From contig CDROCS010002633.1 in assembly GCA_977020255.1 (NCBI GenBank), positions 558,001 to 622,000 of the forward strand: 64,000 nucleotides of DNA, written 5' to 3'. Of this stretch, positions 27,933-39,288 are shown in pieces. The translations under genes were made by a program, and so were the position numbers. The stretch is from Obrimoposthia wandeli (lineage: Eukaryota). Each line of letters opens with the position of its first letter. Positions within the stretch are counted from its first letter, which is position 1. The notes below the pieces were generated by a model. It was given only the letters and a program-made list of their open reading frames with translations. It made no database searches and was not told the origin of the DNA.

Positions 27933-28563
27933 TTATTTATTTTGTTTATAGACTGTAATACCATTACGGTTAAATATATCAGTAACAATTCTTAAATCAT
28001 CAGGATATGATTGAGTAAAATTTAAAAATAAATAACCATGAGGTAAAGATGAAGCATCATGAAACGCATCAATTAAATAACTCTTGTTATGAGGAAATGC
28101 TTGACGAGCAATAAAATCTATCACTGTTTGATCTCTAGGATTTTTGAATAAAATCAGATAATGTACATTAAGATTACGAGTACGATGATTTCCTCCTTGA
28201 TGAAATAAATTTTGGGTTATAAAAATTACAGTAACTTCTCTATGTCTTGCAATTTTTGTAAATAAATCATTAAAATCAGATTCTTTGTTATCCTCTTTAT
28301 ATAAGTCATCAATAACAATTACATCACCTTTTACGAGTCTTGTCATCCAATTTTCATCAAAACCGTTAATAATCTTAATGTTTTTTATTTTATTAAATTC
28401 TTGGTTTGTTAAACCAGCTTCTCCGTCACCACCTTGATGCCAATATATTTTATTAAATTTATTTTTAAACATTTTTGAATTTAATTTATTTACAAACAAT
28501 TAAAGTTTTTCCTGAACCACTTGGTCCTACTACTTGAATAGTCCAATTGTTAGTTAATAACAT
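27933..28563 (-). pseudogene. A32/FtsK-like packaging ATPase, E1
   Basis: Walker A GPSGSGKT (frameshifted from the body), Walker B VIVIDDL, and RHREVTVIFITQNLF..LNVHYLILFKNPRD. Confidence 0.9.
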
Positions 28564-28649
28564 TATATAAATATTAATATAAAATAAATATATCAGAATA
28601 AGTACATGTTTATAATAATAATAACAACATTTTATTAAATATTTATTTA

Positions 28650-29036
28650 TTAAACATCAAAATATTCGGTCGCAGTATGAATCCTCCAGATGAGAGTTGT
28701 TTCATTCTTTTTATTTATTTTATATACGAGAATTTTTATTTCGAGCACCCAACTTCTTCCATCTTCTTGAATATCCGAAATCTTTGTTCCGGAACAATCA
28801 TAAAATTTGCACTTATCTCCGCGCATAAATATACCCTCATTCTCAAGTTCAACGTCAATCTTCAAATATTTGATGACATCATTGAATTGTTGAATGTCTT
28901 TGTTGTCAAAATCAGAGACTCGGTAATTGTACGAAGATTTCGATAATGTCACTGGCATAGTCATTGGATGAATCCATGCAGATATCAAGAAGAACATATC
29001 ATACTCGTAATACTTTTGAACGGCTTTATAAGACAT
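28650..29036 (-). CDS. Conserved accessory protein, possible OB-fold family (E1 copy)
   Basis: Intact 128-aa ORF that aligns by eye with 33868-34305, 34455-34904 and 19591-19920. Confidence 0.55.
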   Translation of the reverse strand: MSYKAVQKYYEYDMFFLISAWIHPMTMPVTLSKSSYNYRVSDFDNKDIQQFNDVIKYLKIDVELENEGIFMRGDKCKFYDCSGTKISDIQEDGRSWVLEIKILVYKINKKNETTLIWRIHTATEYFDV

Positions 29037-29109
29037 TTAAAATTGAATGATTTAATTAGAAATTATTTCGTATTTATATAATTTTTTTTAATGTATCTCA
29101 TGATAATGT

Positions 29110-29991
29110 ATCTCATGTATTAGTACCAGATGAGAGTTATCATCAAAAGCATATGCCTGTCGCATCTGGTATGTTATTTATGAGTACAGATGAAATTGAA
29201 ACCAAGTATCAACATAATGTTGGTGATGACTGCATAGTTAAATTTCTTCAGTCAATAGAGAACTTGGCTAAAGAAAAGGTTTTGCCATGGTATTTAGATG
29301 CTCTTAAAAACGTAATGATTCCCTTAACAAATGCAGAGATTCGTACATTTAGCAATTCCGATGAATGTTATTTATGTCACGAATCATCTGAAAAATATGT
29401 TAAAGATCATGATCACTTTACTGGCAAGTATCTAGGTCCTGCATGTAATGAATGTAATTTATCAAGAAAACTTCGTCCAACTTTACCTATTGTGTTTCAT
29501 AATCTCAGAGGTTATGATTTACATCATATTTTAAAACATGTATTGAATAAATTTACTGACTGGGATATAAATATTATACCACAATCAACGGAAAAGTTTC
29601 AAGCCATGATTGTAAGATTAGGTAAAATAACTCTGAGATTTATAGATTCTTTGCAATTTTTGCAATCATCTTTGAAAAATTTAGCTAGTAAATTATCAAC
29701 TATTCCATTAACAAGAGCAGTTTTCCATCTAAACTCATTGATTGCAAAGGAATATTCCCATATGATTTTGCTACATCATTAAATGTCCTCCAGAATAAGT
29801 TAAGTTTACCAGTAAAATGGAATGATAAAATCACAGACACTGAATATCAAAAAGCACAAGATGTTTTGAAAATAACCAATTATAGAAATATGTTGGATTA
29901 TATGTTAGTTTACTTAAAGACTGACGTATATTTATTAGCTGACGTGTTTCAAACATTCAGAAGAAAAGCTCTCAGTGAAGATGGTTTAGAA
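29110..29991 (+). pseudogene. Protein-primed DNA polymerase B (EndoVII-like Zn module plus exonuclease part), E1, cut by hAT
   Basis: CYLC..KDHDHFTGKYLGPACNECNL, IVFHNLRGYD, RFIDSLQFL, KGIFPYD and DVYLLADVFQTFR. Ends at the hAT TIR. Confidence 0.9.
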
Positions 29992-32029
29992 CAGGGGTGG
30001 GCAAACTTTTCAGTTCAAGGGCCACATTCTAAAATTTCAAAAATTTAAAGGACCGCATAGTATATTTAGTTAAAATAAAATAAAAAGGTTTTTAAAGAAA
30101 AAAATATAATTTTGTTTTATTAATATTTTAAAGTAGAAACTTCACATGAAGCACATTTATTTGAAAAACAAAGTAACTCAATAAGTAACAGAACAATGTC
30201 AATGAGAATGATGCATCTGACTGCAGTCTTTTACCAGTTTGTTAAAATCAGGTGTCAAGTTGGTTGTGCCAACACTGACTGAAGATTTGAATCGGTGAGA
30301 AGAGATCTGTTTTTTGACTTGTTAACTTTCATTATAGAGAAAGTCTGCTCACAAATGTAAGTTAGTAAAAGGTGAGCTGAGCAAATCGAACTGTCCTTCA
30401 ATTGCCTTGAAATCCGCAAATTGTCTGATAAATTCCTCTTTTAAAGCCATCATCTGGGAACAGTACTTGTCTGATAATGCTTGTGTAACAGCTCGTGTTT
30501 TCAACAGAGGAAAATGAACAAAGTTTTACTCATTCAGCTGCTTGGCTAAAAGTTAAAGTTTCAATTGAAAGACTTTCACTCCCAGGTATAATTCATGAGC
30601 AAATAAACCTTTGCCTTGTAGTTTTGTGTTTAATTCACTCAGCTTTTGCATTATGTCCACAGCAAATGCAAAATCACAAACCCATTCGTCACTCTCCATT
30701 TCCTTTGAAAAGTCACAAGAGATTTCTTTCATAGTAAAAAACATGACAATCTCTGCTTTTAGGTCCCACACCCTCTTTAGTACCTTTCCCATGCTAACCA
30801 CCGGACATTTGTGTGGTACAGCACATCAGTAAAATCTGCCTCGTTGTCTTCCAAGAAACTTCGGAATTGCCTGTGTTTCAGTCCACGCGCTCTTATTGAA
30901 TTCACTGCACGCACCACTGGATCCATATCATGTTTTAGTTTTAAAGAAGACTTACAGAGGTTTTCTTGATGTATAATACAATGAAAAGACAACGCACTGT
31001 GCAGTGGAAAATCTTCTTTGATTTTATAATTCATCAACTTTACAAGGCCAGAATGTTTACCTGTGAGTGAAGGAGCACCATCAGTTGTAATACTTGCTAG
31101 TTTATACAGGCTTAATCCAGACCTGATTAGACTGGTGTACATATCTTTTCCAGTAACTGTGTCTTTGAGTGACTCCATAGATGACAATTCCTCTGTAATC
31201 TCAAAGTTTTTGCCAATTCCTCTGATGTAAATGAGTAACTGAGCAGTATCCTAAATATCAGTACTCTCATCTAAAGCTATAGAAAACCACTGGAAACTAT
31301 CACTAGCTGTTAACAGCTGTTCTTGAATATTCACTGCAATTGCATCTATGCGACGAACAATTGTTCTTCGAGACAGAGATATAGCTTCTATTTTTGACTT
31401 AACTTCAGGACACACTGACAGCATCAACCATGCAATCTTTAATAAATTCTGCTTCTGCAAATGACTTGTTTTGCTTTGCAATGTTATTGGCCAACATAAA
31501 ACTTGCCTTTGTCGCATTACTTTGTGAATATAATGTTTTCTTAAACAATGTTTGCTGTTGCTTCAAACTTTTTTCCAGATCAGTAGCTTTCTTTTGCAGT
31601 TCTTGCTTTGATAAATTTTGTCCAAAGCTAGCGTGCTTCGTTTGAAAGTGCCGTTTCAAATTGTATTCCTTAAACACAGCAACTGTTTCATGACAAATCA
31701 AACATACAGCTTTAACTCCAATGTCAGTAAAGAAATACATTTCACTCCACTCTTTGTTAAAAACACGGCATTCGTCTACAATTTTTCGCTTCTTAGATAG
31801 ATTCGAATAACTCATTTTGGGTAAAGTTTATAAATGTCTATTTCAATTTAAATTATTTTAACATCAATTTAAATTTCAATAAAAGTTAAAAGAAAACAGT
31901 TTATAACATTAAAAATTTTTCAAAAATAAAAAATCTCAAGATCATCATTTATTCAATTTCTTCACAATTTCTTTTTGTCCCAAAATAACATGCGTATATA
32001 ACTTGGTGGGCCGCATAAAAACCTTTGGG
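29992..32029 (-). mobile_element. hAT transposon (GTF2IRD2/SPIN/Charlie-Buster type), one end lost
   Basis: TIR CAGGGGTGGGCAAACTTTT at 29992, preceded by gtttagaa (NTYTAGAN-type target). The subterminal gggccgcataaaa near 32010 is truncated. Confidence 0.85.
30130..31815 (-). pseudogene. hAT transposase (GTF2IRD2-like), frameshifted
   Basis: KRKIVDECRVFNKEW..YFF..AVCLIC..KEYNLKRHFQTKH, FSIALDESTDI, SITTDGAPS, FHCIIHQE and YHTNVRWL. Confidence 0.9.
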
Positions 32030-32710
32030 GTGAAGAAAGTTTTCAGCATCGGGCCGGAGTGTCGTATTGTTCACGGAAAGCCTCATCATTTGCAGTCACA
32101 GGGCTCCATATAATACGCCAATCGGGATATCGAAGCGATATTGGTTTGCTGGCAACAAGAGAACAGCACTACAAAAGGAAAAAAACACTCGCTTTCACAC
32201 TGGAATTGGTCGCATGCCGTATGAAGCGATGTTCGGGCAGAAGCCCCATCTTTGTGTTGCTACATCAAATTTGCCTGATGAAGTCAGTGAACTTCTGGAG
32301 ACGGAAGAACAACTCGCAGAAAATCTTGGGTTGAAATACAGGGAAGAAGTGACTGATGTACCTGATGTTGAAGAATCAGAGGTGGCAAACAATACTGATG
32401 ATGCATTATCTGCTGATCTATCATTGCTGCGGAGAAAGCTGCGGTTCTGACATATGTAATGAATGTGGTCTATCCTGTCATGTAATCGCTCCATGGGCCT
32501 TTTCTGATGACCAATTGGAGCAAGACAATGAACATTGATCTCTTCTTGCTCATTATGCCACCGGACACAGGTAATTTCGGTTCAACAACTGGGATCCAAG
32601 AAAAGGCAGTTGCAGCAAGCAGATTTAATTATGACTCGTTCAGTCAAGCGCTTTTAACCTGCACAGATCGGCGACACTGTCATGGTTCATGTTCCCAACC
32701 ACGTTATGAT
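32030..32710 (+). pseudogene. KRBA2/SCAND3-like integrase, C-terminal part
   Basis: PECRIVHGKPHHLQSQGSI*YANRDIEAIL, KNTRFHTGIGRMPYEAMFG and a Cys-rich tail. Same strand as the N-terminal piece at 21442. Confidence 0.75.
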
Positions 32711-33366
32711 TAATAATAGAATTTACCAATAAGCCACAATTTTGAAAAATGTTGTATTCGCAAATTTGGTCTAACATATATATATATGACATACAAAAAA
32801 CATTTATGAATACCTTGAAGATTATTAGATTTATCATTCAATAAATTTATTGATATGTGATAACTAATTTTAAATTTAATGGAAATCATTTGCATTTGTT
32901 TATATAAAATTAACAAAATTAAAAATACAATTTTGGGAGATATTAATATTAATCTTTGTAATTTCAATTTTTACAATTCTTCCTCATCTTGCACATATAA
33001 GCTTTCTCAACATTTTTAGACATAAGCCAGATTTATATAATGTATTTATTCCAATTTCAATTGGGATTTTGTTCACTTAAATGACATAGTTGAGTTGAAT
33101 GCTTTAATAGCGAATTTGTCTCTTTTAATTTCGCCAAAACCATATTTATGGTCGGTATTTTATGTTCAAGCATAAAATATTGTAAAATTATGCCCTTTCT
33201 ATTAAATTTAAAAGCATTTTGTTCAAGTATAAAAACTAAATTATTGATATATTAAATTTCAAACAAGATATAATAATTACAAAACAATATTATAAAGAAG
33301 CCTCTGTATATATAAAGTTTTAGTTAATATTTAAAACCTTACAAACATGCAATTATCATATGAGTG

Positions 33367-33620
33367 AGTAGGTGGATGTGTCCGGTCTAATCCACACCCC
33401 CTCCCCTCTGTCCTTTAAAATCGTGTATGTGTGTGGAGTGAAATTTCGTGTAGGTGTGTGGAGTGAAATTTTGTGTATGTGTGTAGGAAAAAATTAAAAG
33501 GAGTAACGCATAGGGGGGGTATCCCTGTCCTTTAAAACCGTGCATGTGTGTGGAGTGAAATTTCATGTATGTGTGTCTCCATTCCACCCAAAGGGGGGAA
33601 GGGAGGGGTACATACCCCAC
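33367..33620 (+). repeat. E2 terminal repeat region
   Basis: agtaggtggatgtgtccggtctaatccacac followed by tandem gtgtgtggagtgaaattt units. A near-identical copy lies at 60916. Confidence 0.85.
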
Positions 33621-33867
33621 ATTTTTTAAAATTTTACTGCGAATCTCAAAAGTGGTTAGAGAAGACCACGGGAATCCATATTGACCCCGGCGGCTTATCG
33701 CAGACGAGATTTCAAATAATATATTACTACTATTTTTTAGATTAATAAATTACTACATGTTAAATATCTATGTCAGTTTTAAAATTTATAGGATAAAAAA
33801 TCGGTCAGATCTATATAATTTAGAGGAGAAAAAACAAAATACGAGTTAAAATTATTTTTCAAAATAT

Positions 33868-34305
33868 TTAGTAAACATAAAACAACATATTGGCTTCACT
33901 CAAAGTCCAGAGAGGCTGCATTTTCCCGTCATCAGCAAAATATTCATTGAGACGTATTGAGATATTCCATAGTTCTTCATCTAGAATTGGTGCAATCAAA
34001 TATCCTAGATCATCTTTAAAATCCAGACTGGGATCAGTTTCAAGCTCGAAACAATTTCCTTCATATACATAATCAGGAATGTAAAATCCCAAAATATTTT
34101 TCAATTGATCAATATCATATGTTGTTAAAATTTCGATGAGATATTTATTCTTCACTTTTGATATTTTCACAGGATTCATAACTCGTATAATTTGATGCCT
34201 CTTTAATATATTACATAGTTTTCCTTTTGAAATTCTTTCTGGATAATAAAAATTTGCTACACATCTCTTATCCATTCTAAAATAAGGAAACTGATTAAAA
34301 AACAA
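33868..34305 (-). CDS. Conserved accessory protein, possible OB-fold family (E2 paralogue a)
   Basis: DIDQLKNIL..PDYVYEGNCFEL..FKDDLG..WNISIRLNEY..QPLWTLSEA aligns with the neighbouring ORF. Confidence 0.55.
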   Translation of the reverse strand: MFFNQFPYFRMDKRCVANFYYPERISKGKLCNILKRHQIIRVMNPVKISKVKNKYLIEILTTYDIDQLKNILGFYIPDYVYEGNCFELETDPSLDFKDDLGYLIAPILDEELWNISIRLNEYFADDGKMQPLWTLSEANMLFYVY

Positions 34306-34423
34306 TGTTTATAAAAAAATACATATAAGATACATATACGTTACAAATATTTAAAAATAAAACTGATTATTAAATGAAAGTAACATAGTAAAACCGATTA
34401 CAATTTATTACACGTAAATATTT

Positions 34424-34904
34424 AAAACATAGACATATGAGCACGTTCAATTTTCTACATAGGCAACTTTGTTCCCATTTCATTTTTCTTGTAACCATAA
34501 AGTCGAATTGTTACAGTCCATTGCTTCTTTTTCGGAAACGCATCAATATCAACATATCTTCCATAGTCATCTAGAAATGCTTCATCGGGTCCTCGGATAT
34601 AAAATTCGTTCTTATTGAAAGTAAAATTCGGAACTGCCTTTTCAACTTTCTGTTTAAGATATTGAAAATCTGGTTTTTGAATATTTGATAGATAGTAGCT
34701 GAACTTTCTTCTTTCAATTGTCACAGGATTTACTAAAACAATCAGTTGAGCCTTCTTCAAGAATCTGACTTTGTATTTGAAATATTGTTTCACTTCTTCA
34801 TACATATCCTTATCCGATTCTTCAAACATTTCCGAATCTTCGTCACCGCTTAATACCCGTTGGCTATCCTCCATTGTTGATAATTGTCTTTGATATGAAT
34901 GCAT
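34424..34904 (-). pseudogene. Conserved accessory protein, possible OB-fold family (E2 paralogue b)
   Basis: DFQYLKQKV..PNFTFNKNEFYIRG..FLDDYG..WTVTIRLYGYKK..LPM*KIERAH. The TAG falls where homologues have Trp. Confidence 0.6.
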
Positions 34905-34919
34905 TTACTGTGATTTGTC

Positions 34920-35129
34920 CTCCAATGGCGTATTCTTTTATACTAATTTTTAACAAAGACATGAATCTCATTGGTTAATATAACAAAAGCATTGATTGGA
35001 CTAAATTTGATTGGAAGAAATATATCATCCAATTATAATATGTTTGCAAGATAATTACAAGAAACGTGCAATAAAAAAGCAGGTTCAGACATATATAAAG
35101 AAGATTTTACAGAATACAATTTTAGTCTA
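34920..35129. promoter_or_regulatory. Divergent TATA/CCAAT promoter region of E2
   Basis: TATATAAA at 35092-35099, about 30 bp before ATG 35130. Several CCAAT/ATTGG boxes on both strands lie between the head-to-head genes. Confidence 0.5.
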
Positions 35130-35475
35130 ATGAAACTCTTAAATATAAATTATAAAGGTAGAACAGAAGATTATGTTTCGTACTTACCATTCAATGAATG
35201 GAAGCCGAGACAATATGTGGAAAAGTTTGACAATTTTACAGTTGTTGTTTTTCCTACAGGTTAGTTTTTTATTTTATTTTCATATTGATTTCTTTTAGGA
35301 AATTGTCGTGTTATGGGATGCAAAATACCAATACCTGGGTTCAATTTACCATTTGGAATTCGAATCACTGCAATACAATCAATCACGATTTCGGCTAATC
35401 TTGTGAAACAGATAAATCTTTTTAAAACTGCTGAGAAAATGAAAGAAGAATGCATGTTTGAACCAGAAATTTTGA
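35130..35475 (+). pseudogene. TBP-like protein (E2), spliced via 39-nt intron 35260-35298, 3' truncated
   Basis: MKLLNINYKG...TVVVFPTG|NCRVMGCK...IQSITISANLVKQINL..CMFEPE shows both TBP half-repeat signatures. The GTTAGT..TTTTAG intron removes an in-frame TAG. Confidence 0.7.
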
Positions 35476-35756
35476 AGTGGATCGTCTTGCCGACGAAATA
35501 TTTTTTGGAAAAATTAGGGGTAAAGAAATTTTATCAGAATTAAAAAATAATGATATAACAAGAGATAACATTGAAATATTGGTTAGATCACACGTTATTC
35601 GAGAATTTAGAAATCGTACACAAATAAATAAAATTATAGCCCAATATTCATTAATTAATTTTTGTATTTCATCTACAATAGCTCTACCATTGTACATTTC
35701 AATAATGAAACTTCTATGATAATATAAACAATATTAAAAATGAAAGAGTATATGCA

Positions 35757-36400
35757 ATGGAGCTAAATAATAATGTTGTTTTCAAATACTTCGTCCCAGT
35801 GGAAGTGGAAAGACACATTTCGTATGTAAATTGTTGCAAAATGAATCTCTTTTCAAATCTAGTTTCAAAAATATTTATTTGCATCATGGTGGAGGAGGGG
35901 AAAGCGGATTAACCAAAACAGAAGTTTGCAAGTTGAAGGGAATACAATTTATTGAAGGATTTGATGCAAATTGGTGTGAAAGATTGAAAAAAGAAGATGT
36001 AATAATAATTGATGATTTGTATCAGGAAGCTAACAGGCAATCGGACTTTAATAATTTATTTACAAAGATTGCAAGACATCGTGAAGTAACAGTTATATTT
36101 ATCACTCAAAATCTTTTTCATCAAGGTCACCATAGAACAAGAAATCTTAATGTACATTACTTAGTTTTATTTAAAAATTCTAGAGATCAAACAGTTGTAG
36201 ATTTTGTGGCCAGACAGGCATTTACCCAAAATAAGAACTTTCTAGTTGATTCATTCCATGATGCTGCTAAACAAGCACATGAGTATATATTTATTGACTT
36301 TACACAAGCTTGACCAGATGATTTACGTGTTTTAACCGACATATTTAATTCTAAGGGAGTAACTGTTTATAAACAAATAGAGAACAATCATAAAAGATAA
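35757..36400 (+). pseudogene. A32/FtsK-like packaging ATPase, E2
   Basis: PSGSGKT, VIIIDDL and RHREVTVIFITQNLF. One N-terminal frameshift and a TGA at 36311-36313. Confidence 0.9.
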
Positions 36401-36402
36401 AT

Positions 36403-36843
36403 GTACAATGCTTTTTAAGAAGTTGATAGTAAAACGTAAAGCAAAGCCTAAGAAATCAAAAAAAACAATCATTAAGAAAAAAACAATATTTAAATTGAAC
36501 CTTTTTTATTAAAATAAAGAAAATACAAAGAAGCCTACCCTATTTTAAAGCTTTAGTCAAAGCCTCTTCTCATAAGAGAATGATTATTCTTAACGCATTT
36601 CCATCTTTTGTTGTAGATGATTTATTGGAAGTTTTGTATAATATAGTTTTGGGTCGAGTAAAAGTTGGAAATCAAAAAAATATATTAAAGAAATATAGAA
36701 AAACTCTTCTAGATATTGCTAATGTAAAAAGTAAAATAAGGAAACGAAATTTTATTCTTAAACAGAATGGTGGTTTCATAGGGGCTGTTATTCCAGTTGT
36801 TGCTTCAATTATCAGTAGTATTATAGCTGCGACACGATCATAA
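36403..36843 (+). pseudogene. PW-like small virion protein, E2
   Basis: LPYFKALVK..FPSFVVDDL...KQNGGFIGAVIPVVASII, homologous to 27499-27912. Confidence 0.65.
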
Positions 36844-36940
36844 ACAATTATTTCTAAAATCAGCTAAAAATATGGGTGCTAAAAAAATATATGCCCTTCT
36901 TTACCTAAATTTAAATTTTCTTTCTATTCAAATTGTTGTA

Positions 36941-37967
36941 ATGGAGAAGATATGGTTCAACCCAAAAGATCCAATTGGCTACGCAGGAGTTTCAAAATTA
37001 GCAAAAAGAACAAAACAAAATTACAAGAAAACGCAGAAATGGCTGAGCGACCAGCTAGCATACAGTCTGAACAAGTCGATGAGAAGAAGGTTTCCAACTA
37101 GAGCTTACAAAACCAGCGGCCCTAATAATTTATGGCAAATGGATTTGATGGAGATGATCCCATATTCTTCCACTAATAAGGGATATCGATATATTTTAAC
37201 ATGTATTGATGTATTTAGCAGGTTAGCTCGTGCAATTCCAGTTAAAGCAGTCTTCAATAGCTATGCTTGAAGCCATTAAAGAAATATTAAAAGAGGACAT
37301 TCCACAAAATGTGCAAACTGATTTAGGAAAAGAATTTTATAATAAGCAAGTTCAATCATTATTTAAACAAAATAATATAAATCACTACTCTGTGTTTTCA
37401 CAGTACAAAGCAGCAGTAGTAGAAAGATTTAATCGTACTTTAAGAGATCGAATAAAAAAGTATTTCACAAAAGAAGGAAATAAAAAATGGATCCAAGTTT
37501 TACCTAAAATAATACATGCATATAATCACTCGGAACATAGAGGTCTCAAGGGAATGAGACCTGTTGATGTTACTAATAAAAATTCTATGGATATTTGGAT
37601 GGATAGGAATAAAAAAGAAAATATTAAAAAAGCTAAATATAAGAAAAACGAATATGTTCGAATTTTGAAAATTAGCTCTACTCCATTTATTAAAAACTTT
37701 GATCAGAATTGGAGCGATGAAATATTTTGTATAAGTAAAATTGATCAAAAGAGTAATCCAATAATGTATACTATTAAAGATGCTGACAATAATATCATTC
37801 ACGGTAAATTTTACGAGCAAGAACTACAAGTAATATCAAATAAACCTAGCGTTTTCCGTATTCAAAAAATATTAAAATCTAAAGGTGCCGGTAAACATAA
37901 ACAATACTATGTTAAATGGCATGGTTATTCAGATCCAACTTGGATATCAGCATCTAATATAATATGA
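36941..37967 (+). pseudogene. rve integrase with chromodomain, E2 (one frameshift near 37250)
   Basis: WQMDL..LTCIDVFSR, VQTDLGKEF, VVERFNRTL and YYVKWHGYSDPTWI. Confidence 0.92.
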
Positions 37968-38910
37968 AGTCTATGTATATGGTTTTACCTAGTAACGGAT
38001 GTCCGAAGACTCAACCAGATAATTACGCTAGTAGCTTTATTATCGATTGGGAAAATCCTATAAATCTCCAAGGAGAATGGGAAGCGGCTTTAACAGAATT
38101 TTCCTTTTATTATTCTCCAATTACTATCAGAAAAAACTCACATACGTTTACAAAAGAAGTTGATAATGAAAAATCAATTGAAGTTGTGATTGGGTTTGGT
38201 AAAGGAAAATTCTATTACAATTGTATAGATAAAGAAGTGAAAGTTATATATGATAAAAACAAAGTCAGATTTAAAAATCGACTAAAACATTTTTTAAAAC
38301 CTATTCAAATTATATTTGGATCTGACAGAGAAGCTCTTCAATTCGGTTTTGACAGTGGACATGTATGAAGAGATCTGATATAGCCTCATCTAAATCGTTT
38401 AAAAATGTTCCTGATAGAGTAACAAAAGTGTTTTTAGTTGAAACGAGACCAAAGTATGTAGTGGAACTGAAAATGTTTTCAAAAGATTATAAATTAGATA
38501 GTGAAGTGAATTTCTGTAAATTAATACAGAAGGAATGTAGTGAATATTTCGATAAATGTGTAACATTAAAAAAATGGTAAAATAACGTTTACAGTAAAGA
38601 GAAATATAATACGAGTTTTATTTGATGATAAACTCGCTAAAAACCTTGGTTTAAACAGAAATACCTTTGAAACCCATACAATAAAAACCATAAAAGCTAA
38701 AAATAAGGCCAAACTTTTAAATGCTGTTAATCATTTATATATTTATACTAATTTAATAGAACCAACGCTTGTAGGAAAACAGCGAGTTCCACTTTTGAGA
38801 ACAATATGATATAAACAATATTGAAGTAAATATTAGAGATGATTCCGGACAACTAATAGATTTCACGTACGGGGCCAAGACAAGTTTAACAATACATTTA
38901 AGAAAACAAA
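37964..38910 (+). pseudogene. Minor capsid/penton protein, E2
   Basis: MYMVLPSNGCP..IDWENPINLQGEWEAALTEF at the N-terminus; YIYTNLIEPTLVG..VPLLR and IEVNIRDDSG..TSLTIHLR at the C-terminus. Frameshifts. Confidence 0.85.
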
Positions 38911-39288
38911 ATGGCGAATCCAGCAATAATTGAAGCTTATAGTCAAAGCCAACAAGGTGGAGAATTACCATATTTTGTTGGTAAACAATATAGATCTGGC
39001 TGGCTTAGAACATTAGGTAGATTTGCCTTTCCTCTTTTAAAGAGACTCGGGCGATTTATATCAAAATTAGGAAAGGATTACCTTTCATCTAAGGACAATA
39101 AACTAATACCAACTTTTAAGAAGCATGCACTTGATGAACTTGATAATGTTTTACCTGAAGTTGCTAATTTGATTAGAAAACGTAAATCAAATAACAGCCA
39201 AGGAGGTAGTGGATTTAAACGTAAAAAGAAGCAAAAAATTAATATAAACAAACGTAAGAAAGTTGAAGGAACAATATTTGCAAAGTGA
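38911..39288 (+). CDS. Basic core/membrane-active virion protein (PZ-like), E2
   Basis: Intact 125-aa ORF with SQQGGELPYFVGKQY, an amphipathic WLRTLGRFAFPLLKRLG helix and a Lys/Arg-rich tail. Confidence 0.75.
   Translation: MANPAIIEAYSQSQQGGELPYFVGKQYRSGWLRTLGRFAFPLLKRLGRFISKLGKDYLSSKDNKLIPTFKKHALDELDNVLPEVANLIRKRKSNNSQGGSGFKRKKKQKININKRKKVEGTIFAK

Larger units (their letters stand above)
21646..29991 (-). mobile_element. Maverick/Polinton (adintovirus-like) element E1, right end lost
   Basis: AGTAGG terminus and subterminal tandem repeats, followed by nuclease-like ORF, protease, capsid, core protein, penton, integrase, PW-like, ATPase, accessory ORF and pPolB. Confidence 0.9.
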
